In this document: piece by piece, positions 29,668 to 39,192 of the stretch
Layout: the number at the start of each line of letters is the position of its first letter
Numbering within the stretch: position 1 is the first letter of the stretch
NCBI GenBank assembly: GCA_019058245.1
Contig: JAHPZJ010000013.1
Span: forward strand, 265,166-329,165
DNA length: 64,000 nt
Reading direction: 5' to 3'
From: Promethearchaeota archaeon
Lineage (GTDB): Archaea; Asgardarchaeota; Lokiarchaeia; Sigyniarchaeales; SOKP01
Translations under genes and position numbers: made by a program
Notes under the pieces: generated by a model
Databases searched by the model: none
Told to the model about the DNA's origin: nothing
Seen by the model: only the letters and a program-made list of their open reading frames with translations

Positions 29668-31476
29668 ATGGACTTATTACCTAAAGTCTTTAGAACTGAA
29701 GGAAGTATTACTGAATTCGACCCTAGCAAAATTTTTGAAAGTATTATTAAAGAAACTGGTATGAGTGAGACAGATGCAAAAAATATCACGGAATTAGTTG
29801 TAAGAAGAATAATTAGTTCTGGTATTAAATTTCTATCAGGACCTCATATAAGAGAAATTGTTTGTTCGATACTTTCAGAACAACATTTTGAAAATGAGCG
29901 AAAATTATATACTCGGATTGGAATGCCTTTAATGGATTATGAAGAATTGCTAGAGAAAGAATCTGGAACAACGCTAAATATATGGATAAATCCGGAAAAA
30001 ATCAATCACTCATCTGCAAATCAAATAGCGGAGGAATATGCTCATTTAAGAATACTTAGTAATGAGGAATCCAAAGCGCACTTGTATGGCGATATTCATA
30101 TTAATGGATTACGTTATTTTAATCTAAGACCATTCACTCAAATGTGGGATCCTCGAATAATTTTAAACAATGGATTTCCACCCTTTTATAGTCTAAATAA
30201 TCCATTTAAGCAAGATCCCCCAAAAGACCTTATTTCTGCTCTTTCTCAAATTTTAAGATGGTTTGAAACTGTTCAGAATGAATTTTATGGAACTCAAGGT
30301 TTAAATTTATTTTCTCTTTTTTTAGCTCCATATGTTACAAATTTATCAAAAGAAAAACTCAAACAAGAAATTCGAAAATTAATATCTGAGATAAATTTAT
30401 TACCAATTATAACTGGTCGAGAAATTCCATTAATAAAAATAACGTCAAGTAATTCTATCCTTAAATCCTTTTCTAAACTTCCTACTATTAATCCTAAAGG
30501 AAAAATTAATGATAATTATTCAGATTATCATAATGAATGTACAGAACTCTTTAAAACTCTAATCTTCATTTTTAAGGAAATTAGTGGCTATAATTTACAT
30601 TATCCAATCATTAAATTTCAGATATTAGTAAATAATAAATTTTTTGAAGTTATAGAAACGAATTACTCTAATTTCTGGGATGAAATTTATACTTTTAAAA
30701 ACCTTTTTTCAATCGATTTTTGTTTTGCCCCATATTATAATAAAAATCTTGAAAAAATTGCTGAAAAGAGAATATACAATTTTGGAACTCTTCAAAGTAT
30801 TACTCTAAATCTGCCAAGATACGCCTATAACAGTCAAGATGAAGAAATATTTCTGGAAATATTGCATTCGAAAGTTAAATTATGTTCTGGGATTTTACTA
30901 AAAAAATATGAAATGATTGAAAAAAGACTAAAATTGAAACATTTACCTTGTTGTAGCAGTAGTATTAATAATGAACCATTATTTAAATTGGAAAATCAAG
31001 ACCTATCATTTAGTCTAGTTGGATTAAATGAATCTATCAAAATATTAACAAATTATGAACTCCATCAAAATCCTGATGCCGTTAAGCTAGGTATGAAAAT
31101 ATTAAATGAATTAAATAATATATGTAATGAATTATCAGTAACTCATGGGAAAAATTTCTTATTAAGTGAAAACGTATCAGAAAAGGCAATAAAAAGATTT
31201 TCTAAATTAGATCTAAGACTTATTCCAGAAGGACTAAGAAAAATATCTACTAATCTGAATCGTGAATATACAAATTCAATTCACTTTCGTAATGACGTTG
31301 AGGTTGAATTATTCAAACGAATAGAAATTCAAGGAGAATTTCATCAGTATATTAAAAATGGCGCAATTGAATATATTTCTTTACATGATCTTGAAAACAA
31401 CAACTTATCTATTCAAGAATTTCTCAATATAATCAGTAAAAAGTCACCAATATCAAGCATAAATTTTTCTTCTTAA
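29668..31476 (+). CDS. ATP-cone + degenerate anaerobic ribonucleotide reductase (NrdD-like) protein lacking the glycyl-radical domain
   Basis: ATP cone (FDPSKI...SGPHIREIV); HLYGDIHI, GTLQSITLNLPR, VGLNE, YTNS retained; no C-terminal CxxC/RxxGY. Confidence 0.8.
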   Translation: MDLLPKVFRTEGSITEFDPSKIFESIIKETGMSETDAKNITELVVRRIISSGIKFLSGPHIREIVCSILSEQHFENERKLYTRIGMPLMDYEELLEKESGTTLNIWINPEKINHSSANQIAEEYAHLRILSNEESKAHLYGDIHINGLRYFNLRPFTQMWDPRIILNNGFPPFYSLNNPFKQDPPKDLISALSQILRWFETVQNEFYGTQGLNLFSLFLAPYVTNLSKEKLKQEIRKLISEINLLPIITGREIPLIKITSSNSILKSFSKLPTINPKGKINDNYSDYHNECTELFKTLIFIFKEISGYNLHYPIIKFQILVNNKFFEVIETNYSNFWDEIYTFKNLFSIDFCFAPYYNKNLEKIAEKRIYNFGTLQSITLNLPRYAYNSQDEEIFLEILHSKVKLCSGILLKKYEMIEKRLKLKHLPCCSSSINNEPLFKLENQDLSFSLVGLNESIKILTNYELHQNPDAVKLGMKILNELNNICNELSVTHGKNFLLSENVSEKAIKRFSKLDLRLIPEGLRKISTNLNREYTNSIHFRNDVEVELFKRIEIQGEFHQYIKNGAIEYISLHDLENNNLSIQEFLNIISKKSPISSINFSS

Positions 31477-31635
31477 AAAGATCAGATCTTTTAGATTTTT
31501 GGTAAAAAAAGTATTTAATAAGTATAATTGTTTTGATTATATTGAAGTATTATTAAGATATTAAATTATATTAAAATAAAGATAATTCATATTTTAGATA
31601 ATTTAAGATCTTTCTTATAGAATCATGGGGATTGT

Positions 31636-33099
31636 TTGACTAAATCAAAGGATAAAGAAAATCGGGATAAACAGACTGAAGAAGAAACCATTACTTCTAA
31701 ATCAGAAATTATTGAAACAATTGTATTAAGTATATTTGATGAAAACGGTCCAACTCCTAAAATATATTGGCCTCATGATTTAGACGAACAAGCAGGATTA
31801 TTAATTGCTATGAAAACCATTAGTCTATTAATGGGAGATTCAACTTATCAAGATGGAACGGAAATTGAAGGAGTTAATTATTTTGGAATATTACCTTTTC
31901 CTGATTTGAAATTGAATGGTTTAACATATTTTTTCTTAATCCCCGATGATAAAGCTCGTGGTAAAGCTTTAGCAGCAACAATTACAATATTAATAAAAGA
32001 AGAAAATAAAGTGTTTTTCTATGAAAATATGAAATACTTACGAGTTATAATGGATAAATCAGCAACTCAAATTCAGAAAAATAAGCAACTCAGTGAACGG
32101 GAACTCATTATGGAGGAATTTCGGGAGGAAATCTTCGAATTTGCTAGTGAAGTAAAAGATCCTTTTTCTACTAGAAGACATATCAAAATTCTTCTTGTAG
32201 GATTAGATAAAGCGGGTAAATCAAGTTTTTTATTTGGGATTAAGAGGAAATATTCTGAAATTATTAAATCTATGCCAACAAAAGGTGTCGAAAGATCAGA
32301 AGAAAACATTTTTGAGGAACAGAATTCCCAAATTTCAGTTTGGGATTTAGGAGGGCAACAACAATATCGAGAGAAATACCTAGAACAGAGTAAAATATAT
32401 TTGTATAATGTCGATCTAATATTTTATTTTATTGATATTCAAGACGTTGCCAGAATTGATGAAACTATTGAATTGTTTAGAAGAATCATAAATAAACTTA
32501 TAGATTTCGAAGAATTTCCACCGATTGTTGTTTGTTTAAATAAATTTGATCCTGATCTCAAGGGTTCTAAGGAGATTTTTAAAAATTTAGAAATAATCGC
32601 TAATGCAATAGAGTTAAATTCAGATAAATTCTTTATTAAAATTTTCCAGACAAGTATTTTTGACCATTGGAGTCTTATTTCAGCATACTCTTTTGGATTA
32701 TCTCAATTAAGTCCTAATCGAGAATTATTCAGGAATCAATTGAAAAAATTTGCAAAAAAAACAAATTCAGATGCTATTCTATTGTTAAATGAAAATGGGA
32801 TTATTCTATCAAATTTCTCCAAAACTGATATTTCTGGACAATTATTCGAAGTGAGTGCACCTCACTTTCAATCACTTTACAAGAACTTTAAAGAGTTTAA
32901 GTTATTAGAGCAAGATTTTATCGTATCTTCTGGGATAACAGAAAAATCTAAAAAAGTGATCTTTAAGCGAATAACCGTTGAGAAATATAATTTATATTTA
33001 CTCTTATTTTTAGAAAAATCACTTGAAATAGATAAAATAGAAAAAAATTTGCCAGAATTTTCAAAAAACCTTGTTGATTTAATCCATACATATATATAA
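31636..33099 (+). CDS. uDENN/longin + Rag-like GTPase + roadblock fusion protein
   Basis: IFDENGPTP, FFLIPDDKARG; GLDKAGKS, PTKG, WDLGGQ, NKFD, TSIFD; AILLLNENGIILS roadblock. Confidence 0.85.
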   Translation: MTKSKDKENRDKQTEEETITSKSEIIETIVLSIFDENGPTPKIYWPHDLDEQAGLLIAMKTISLLMGDSTYQDGTEIEGVNYFGILPFPDLKLNGLTYFFLIPDDKARGKALAATITILIKEENKVFFYENMKYLRVIMDKSATQIQKNKQLSERELIMEEFREEIFEFASEVKDPFSTRRHIKILLVGLDKAGKSSFLFGIKRKYSEIIKSMPTKGVERSEENIFEEQNSQISVWDLGGQQQYREKYLEQSKIYLYNVDLIFYFIDIQDVARIDETIELFRRIINKLIDFEEFPPIVVCLNKFDPDLKGSKEIFKNLEIIANAIELNSDKFFIKIFQTSIFDHWSLISAYSFGLSQLSPNRELFRNQLKKFAKKTNSDAILLLNENGIILSNFSKTDISGQLFEVSAPHFQSLYKNFKEFKLLEQDFIVSSGITEKSKKVIFKRITVEKYNLYLLLFLEKSLEIDKIEKNLPEFSKNLVDLIHTYI

Positions 33100-33122
33100 A
33101 AAAAAAAAAAGTCAACTTTAGA

Positions 33123-34379
33123 TTAGTAAGATATAATTTCTTTTTTACTTCCCTTTCTTAATGATAAGATTATTGCTAATATAATGACACTTAGTCCTAT
33201 AACTATAAAAATTACAACAAATATAGGAAATGGTTTAACAGGAATAAGATTCGCCTCAACAACTCTGATTTGTATGTTATAATTAGAATCAAAATTATTA
33301 CCTGTGTTCCATCCATATATTGGATTTCCAAATTCGCTAAATATACCTAATGGTGGAAAATAGAAATTAGCCCCTACATTAAGGCTAAATCTAAGAAAAT
33401 CGGTTCGACCAAAATAATCTAATTTTTGATTCCATGTAGGATCACAGGCTATCCATCCAATATTTTGGACATAAAATTCCACCCAGGCATGTCCTAATAA
33501 AGTTGAACTAATTTGATTCGCATTGAATTCCCAAATATTTCCAACTTTTGGTTTTGTCGATGGATTATTAGTTATTAAAAATCCACTGACTTTGCGAGCA
33601 GGAATTCCTTGAATTCTTAATAATGTAATCATTAAACTTGAAAACTCGCTACAATCACCTTGTTTTTGAGTGTACGCTTCTAACGCTCCAATCTCCTGAG
33701 ATGGCATTTCTTCATTATAAGTTAAATAATTAGATACCCAATCACATATTTTTTTTGCTTTCTCTACAGGATTATCTCCAGGACTTACTATACTATTAGA
33801 TTGACTAATTAAAGCAGAACTATTTATTTCATAGTAGGGTTCAGAATAATTACAATATAAGGCGAAGATCTCATCTGATGTATCATAAACTCCAATTTCT
33901 GAGTTATCAATATCTTCAAAAGTTATTGCATTTAGTGTTATATCATAGGTCTGATAAAATGTGACTCTTTCATCGACAGATAATGATGCATTAAAAGTAT
34001 CATACGTATTATTAAACCTATCAATCTGTCCAATTATAGTCTGACTAGGAATATTACCTGTTATACTATTCAAATTAAGTATACTTTCCTGATAGGGTGG
34101 ACAATATGGTGTTAATGGGGAATTAGGCATCCTGTTGTTAAGTCGAGTAAATTTAAAATAATACCTCCCATCCCCTGATTTATGAGTTAAGGTAAAATTG
34201 ACTACTACTTCATAACTTACGTTTTGTATAATATTATAATTAGAAACGCCATTTATTGTAGTAGATAATCGCGGAGAAGTAGTTTTTATATTATTAGATG
34301 TAAGAAAAGATATTCCAATTGAATTTACCAACGGAAAAATAAGTACGTATAAAACTATAAAAATAGATTTTTTCTTCAT
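33123..34379 (-). CDS. Membrane-anchored extracellular transglutaminase-like protein
   Basis: Signal peptide; Cys-His-Asp triad GDCSEFS / HAWVE / DPTW; C-terminal TM with basic tail. Confidence 0.88.
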   Translation of the reverse strand: MKKKSIFIVLYVLIFPLVNSIGISFLTSNNIKTTSPRLSTTINGVSNYNIIQNVSYEVVVNFTLTHKSGDGRYYFKFTRLNNRMPNSPLTPYCPPYQESILNLNSITGNIPSQTIIGQIDRFNNTYDTFNASLSVDERVTFYQTYDITLNAITFEDIDNSEIGVYDTSDEIFALYCNYSEPYYEINSSALISQSNSIVSPGDNPVEKAKKICDWVSNYLTYNEEMPSQEIGALEAYTQKQGDCSEFSSLMITLLRIQGIPARKVSGFLITNNPSTKPKVGNIWEFNANQISSTLLGHAWVEFYVQNIGWIACDPTWNQKLDYFGRTDFLRFSLNVGANFYFPPLGIFSEFGNPIYGWNTGNNFDSNYNIQIRVVEANLIPVKPFPIFVVIFIVIGLSVIILAIILSLRKGSKKEIISY

Positions 34380-34529
34380 GTTAAAATCATAGGATTTTGA
34401 AATTTTATATATTAGAAATAATAATCTCTATTTTTAATTTTAACTTTTATAAAAAAGGATAGTAATCATTCATAAGTATGAAGTTTTTTATTTTTTATAG
34501 ATAAAAAAAACTATTTTTCTTCTAAGATA

Positions 34530-35165
34530 TTGATTTATAAGATTTACTTAATTGATGCTGATAATGGGATATCCCTTTTTGAATCAACATTTAGAAAATT
34601 AGAAAAAATCCAAGATGATATTCTAACTGGATTCTTTAAAGCAATAAACACAACCATAGATGTTATTCAAAAATCGATGTCTAAAGGAAGAAGAGTAAAC
34701 GAGATGAATAGAGTTTTACAATCAGAAGATTCTACAATACTTATTTATTATCATCCTCTTTCAAGAATTCTTTTCTGCTCAATTTCTGATGCTGATGACA
34801 ATACTGAAAAAATTGAAGAAGTTACTCATAAAATTGCGAATCGATTTTGGAAGAAGCATCAATCTGATCTTAAAAATTTTAGAGTAACTACAGATAAAAG
34901 CAGATTTCATACTTTAATTGCGGATATTGAAAATTTAACAATTGGAGGACGTATTGCAGAAGTATTTCCTAAATTAATTATTGTTAAAAAAGTATTAGAA
35001 AAAGTTTTGACTATGGGAATGATAGATGATTTAGATTTTAAGGTGGCTATGCAATGCACAGGAAAGAATTCACCTCTAAAAATATCTAGAACTTTAGACA
35101 AAAAGCGAACAGCTATAAATGAAGTTCTGAAGAAATTAGAAGAATTAGATATTATTATGCTCTAA
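34530..35165 (+). CDS. Longin domain + C-terminal winged-helix protein
   Basis: IYLIDADNGISLF...LTGFFKAI longin pattern; KISRTL...INEVLKKLEELDII wHTH pattern. Confidence 0.72.
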   Translation: MIYKIYLIDADNGISLFESTFRKLEKIQDDILTGFFKAINTTIDVIQKSMSKGRRVNEMNRVLQSEDSTILIYYHPLSRILFCSISDADDNTEKIEEVTHKIANRFWKKHQSDLKNFRVTTDKSRFHTLIADIENLTIGGRIAEVFPKLIIVKKVLEKVLTMGMIDDLDFKVAMQCTGKNSPLKISRTLDKKRTAINEVLKKLEELDIIML

Positions 35166-35259
35166 ATTAACTATAAAATCTTTTAAGAAATCGAAAAGAA
35201 TAAAAATTTTCAAGTTTTTTCAAGATTAATTAAGATATTTTTAAAATCATTGATAAATC

Positions 35260-35859
35260 ATGGAAAAAGAACCTTCACTTATAGCTTTAGTTAATAGTCC
35301 AGCAAAAGATGCTCATAAAAGAAAGAGTTCAGGTTTTTCTTTAAAAGAAATTAAAGATGCTGGAAAAAAAATTCAATTATTAAAGAGTTTGAATATTAAA
35401 ATCGACTACTTTCGAAAATCGGCATATGCTACTAATATTGAGACATTAAAATCTCTAGAAAAGCCAAAAGGAAAAAAAAAGAAAAAGAAACCATTTGTTA
35501 TGAAAAAAAGGAAGAGGACACTATTTAAACCTAAAGTAGAAAAGCCTAAAAAAATGCGTAAAGAACCAACTGAAGTAGTATCTGAAATAATTACTGCTAA
35601 ACCAATTTCTAAACCTAAAAAGAAAGAAAAGATAGAACCTGCGGAATTAGAAAAAATTCCATCTGAAACAGTAGGAACTCCATTAACAGAATTATCTGGA
35701 TTAGGTGGAGCAACTGCAAAAAAGTTTATTGATCTTGGAGTTAATAATGTTGAAGATTTATGTAAAGAAAATCCTGAAGAATTGGCCCCCTTAATTAAGG
35801 GAGTCTCTTTAGATAGAATTAAAAAGTGGATAGATGAAGCAAATCAACTAAATAAATAA
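35260..35859 (+). CDS. rpl13e: Ribosomal protein eL13 with Lys-rich linker and C-terminal helix-hairpin-helix domain
   Basis: GFSLKEIKDAG...IDYFRKS...NIETLK matches eL13; LTELSGLGGATAKKF and IKGVS HhH motifs. Confidence 0.8.
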   Translation: MEKEPSLIALVNSPAKDAHKRKSSGFSLKEIKDAGKKIQLLKSLNIKIDYFRKSAYATNIETLKSLEKPKGKKKKKKPFVMKKRKRTLFKPKVEKPKKMRKEPTEVVSEIITAKPISKPKKKEKIEPAELEKIPSETVGTPLTELSGLGGATAKKFIDLGVNNVEDLCKENPEELAPLIKGVSLDRIKKWIDEANQLNK

Positions 35860-36004
35860 TATTCTCGCTTTTTTATATTTATCTTTTTAATGAATTTAAA
35901 ATTGATTATATGTATTTTTTTCATTAACGAAATTTTTTAAACCATAAATATATTTTAAGAGTAAATTTGTTTCCCGTTTTAAAAAAATATATGAGAAAAA
36001 TGCT

Positions 36005-36499
36005 ATGGAATATAATTATTTTGTGTATAATAAACCAGAATGCAAAATAGCTATTAATAGAATGCCAAAATGGTTCACTGAGGTAGAATACAATGGAGAT
36101 GAGAATCAAGGGACTATCACATTGCATTCACAAAAGGAATATGATGACATTTGGGGACCAGAATCTAAAATGGAGATTAATTGGGAAAAAAAAGATCGAA
36201 TGAACTTTTTTTATTATAAAGAAGTTCAGAATTCTATAGATGTTTATAATGCGATTGGAATAGTAGTCACGGAGAAGAATAGAGACTGGTTAATGAGTCA
36301 TGAGATAACCTTCTGGTATGGTCATCGAAATAAAATGATAAGAAAAAGATTTTACCATGAAAAGGGAATACATTGCATTTTTTATTGTGATATGACTGAA
36401 AGATTATTTAATATTCATACATCTATAATTGGAGATAATTATGAGAATTATAAACCATATATCCTAACTTCTTATAATTCTGTAATTTGTCACGAATGA
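36005..36499 (+). CDS. Hypothetical protein
   Basis: 164-aa ORF with plausible composition; no recognised motif. Confidence 0.7.
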   Translation: MEYNYFVYNKPECKIAINRMPKWFTEVEYNGDENQGTITLHSQKEYDDIWGPESKMEINWEKKDRMNFFYYKEVQNSIDVYNAIGIVVTEKNRDWLMSHEITFWYGHRNKMIRKRFYHEKGIHCIFYCDMTERLFNIHTSIIGDNYENYKPYILTSYNSVICHE

Positions 36500-37239
36500 G
36501 CAGATTTACGGGCTAAAACGAAAAAATTATCCTTCTCTGTAGGACCACCCGTTATCTTGAATTCAATAATATCAAGCATTTTTAATAATTTTCTAAGTTC
36601 ATGCTTAGAAAAGAAATGATAAAATCTATTAAATGTTTGTTGCTCTTTTGAAAGAGTCCAAGGGATATATTTATCTCCAAATTCTTCCAATCCAATAGTT
36701 TTTTGGTTTTTTCTATAATTCACACTTAATTTTCTTTTGAACCAATCATAGAAAAAATAATTTCGAAATTCTTCTTGCCATTTACGCCATACTGTAAGGA
36801 TTAGATAACCTTTTTTTTTTAATTGGGTATATATCTGTAAGATCGTATTTTTTCTTGTATTATATTTCTTCAAATGATGGAAGCTAGCTATGGAATAAAT
36901 ATTATGAAGAGAATTTTCTCTAAAAGGAGAACTTGTTATATCTCCAAGTATAAGTTGAATAAACTTTGACTCATATTTAGAAAATTGATTAATATCTTTT
37001 AAATTCATTTTAGCTATTTTTATTATTTCAAGAGAGATATCTAGACCTATTAATTTATTGGGAGGCGTATTCATTAATTTGAAATTCCTACCATTTCCAC
37101 ATCCTAAATCTAAAGAAATTCCTCTAAAAGTATAACCTTTCTTTTTTAAATGGTTAAGAAAAAAGATGAGAGGACGCCATGATTTCCTTCGTTTCAAATG
37201 ATAATCTTGTGCAAAATTATTAAAAGAATGGCTCTGCAT
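36490..37239 (-). CDS. Class I SAM methyltransferase, Trm9/ALKBH8-like
   Basis: LDLGCGNGR, SIASFHHL, LTVW, YIPW...RFYHFFS..EL. Confidence 0.8.
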   Translation of the reverse strand: MQSHSFNNFAQDYHLKRRKSWRPLIFFLNHLKKKGYTFRGISLDLGCGNGRNFKLMNTPPNKLIGLDISLEIIKIAKMNLKDINQFSKYESKFIQLILGDITSSPFRENSLHNIYSIASFHHLKKYNTRKNTILQIYTQLKKKGYLILTVWRKWQEEFRNYFFYDWFKRKLSVNYRKNQKTIGLEEFGDKYIPWTLSKEQQTFNRFYHFFSKHELRKLLKMLDIIEFKITGGPTEKDNFFVLARKSAHS

Positions 37240-37479
37240 TGGAAATTCAATCTATAAATGAAAATTTATTATTCCTCGTTTTTTATCCATATTGTACTTA
37301 TGATAGATTAATTAATCTATATTTTTATTAAGATATATTAATGAATTAAATTATTTTCAAATAATAAAGATTAACTATAAAGTAAAAAAAATAAATATAC
37401 AAAAACATAATAAAATTGGAAAAGAAAATAATTTTCAATATATCATACATCAAATAGGTTATTATAAAGAATTTAAGAT

Positions 37480-39120
37480 ATGAAGGAAATCACAGAGATT
37501 CTAACAGATTTTTTTGCAATAATGAAAGATGATATTTTAGAATATTATCATCGAAGTCATTCTTATTTAAAAGATTTAATTTTGTATAAAAAACTTGATT
37601 TAAATAGAAAAACTTCTAATGAACGTGAAAAGAATTTATCTTTAAATCTTAAAAAAATGTTAAAAGCAGTTAGAACAGGATTAAATACAATAGGAGTTCC
37701 AATTAATAAATTAAATAAATGCGAAAAGGATTTTATGGAAACTTTAGATAAAAATAGAGCGGAAATCCAAGATTATAACAATTATTTTCAAATTTATCTA
37801 ACGAATTATGTGAATAAAATATTATTTAATATACTGATTGATTATCTCCTTGAAGTGGATACTAAAAAACTTGAAAATGTAAATATATTTGATCTCTTAC
37901 CTCCATATTTTATTTCAAATTTAAATGATTTCAAGAAGAAACATTTTGATACTCCAGAGACTATTAATCTCTTTAAGCGACAAAATTTTGATAATTATAT
38001 TAATTTTTCAGATTCAACTCTAAAATCAGGAGAAGATTCAGAATTAAACATACTGAAACAATTACGAGAAGCAAAACAAGATATTATTGAGACTTTAAAG
38101 TTGCCTCAAAATGAACTGAATACATTAAAGATGGCCCCTCCCCAAGATAAAGCCATTTTAAAAGAAAAAATTTTACCAAGTAAAACGACTATACATCCAG
38201 AACAAGTTTTGCATACTGAATTAATCAGTAATACTTTCCTTGATTACTTTGGACAATTTCCACCGATTAATATTGATATTACAAATCGGTTTATCATTAA
38301 AAAAGACAATTTAATTAAATCAAAAGAATTCAATAAAGACATTTTCGATTTAGAAAATTTATACCATTATATTGCTATACTAAAAATGTTAAATATAAAA
38401 TTTCCTTTTACTAATGGTGAACTTCTTGGAACTGTTAGAGATTACGTAAATGGGAAGATTTTCAGTTCCTCAAAAGAGGATCTACCAGACTCAAAAAATA
38501 TTTTCTATGGTTTAGCTCTTTTTTCAGAATTAAATTTACTAAACAAAACAGATCTTATCGATCTTCAAAAACTTGAAAAATATCTAAAATCGGAAATAGA
38601 TAATTTCATTCCAGAAAAATTAGAATTTAATCTTTATTTAATACTATGTATAAAACTATTAGGAAAAAACTGTAAAATCAAGTTTAATAGAAAATTAATT
38701 TTGGAATTGCTTTTGAAAATAAATTTATCTACAATAGAAGATTTTATACCAAGTTTAGACATTTTTAACTATCTAGCTCTAATAAAATTATTAGATAAAG
38801 ATGTGAGTCTAGAACAATTCGAAATTTTTTTTACTAATGAGCTCAAGAAATTATTAACATCAGATGGCTCAATTAATGATTCAATAACTGAATCAGCAAG
38901 AGCGTTGCTTATATTTGACCTACTCAATTTAAAAGATCGAGAACCTGAATTATGCAATAAATTATTAAATTATATTTTAAATACTACCGATTTTTTCAGT
39001 AATAATAATCTCGATGAGAATTTTAATTGGCAAAATGATAAATTTGGTTTTAAAATCGAATTAGAAATTTTATATTGGGCTCTATTGGGTAGTTCTCAAT
39101 ATATTTCCAAGAATTCTTAA
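37480..39120 (+). CDS. Hypothetical alpha-helical protein, possible prenyltransferase-like repeats in the C-terminal half
   Basis: 546-aa ORF; repeated D/S-x3-4-Y-x-L-A-L-L-x-x-L helices. Confidence 0.65.
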   Translation: MKEITEILTDFFAIMKDDILEYYHRSHSYLKDLILYKKLDLNRKTSNEREKNLSLNLKKMLKAVRTGLNTIGVPINKLNKCEKDFMETLDKNRAEIQDYNNYFQIYLTNYVNKILFNILIDYLLEVDTKKLENVNIFDLLPPYFISNLNDFKKKHFDTPETINLFKRQNFDNYINFSDSTLKSGEDSELNILKQLREAKQDIIETLKLPQNELNTLKMAPPQDKAILKEKILPSKTTIHPEQVLHTELISNTFLDYFGQFPPINIDITNRFIIKKDNLIKSKEFNKDIFDLENLYHYIAILKMLNIKFPFTNGELLGTVRDYVNGKIFSSSKEDLPDSKNIFYGLALFSELNLLNKTDLIDLQKLEKYLKSEIDNFIPEKLEFNLYLILCIKLLGKNCKIKFNRKLILELLLKINLSTIEDFIPSLDIFNYLALIKLLDKDVSLEQFEIFFTNELKKLLTSDGSINDSITESARALLIFDLLNLKDREPELCNKLLNYILNTTDFFSNNNLDENFNWQNDKFGFKIELEILYWALLGSSQYISKNS

Positions 39121-39192
39121 AAATATCTCTTTTTTGAAATAGATACTTCTATTAAATTAGGATATATTATAATTTTATTAATATTAGAGTAA

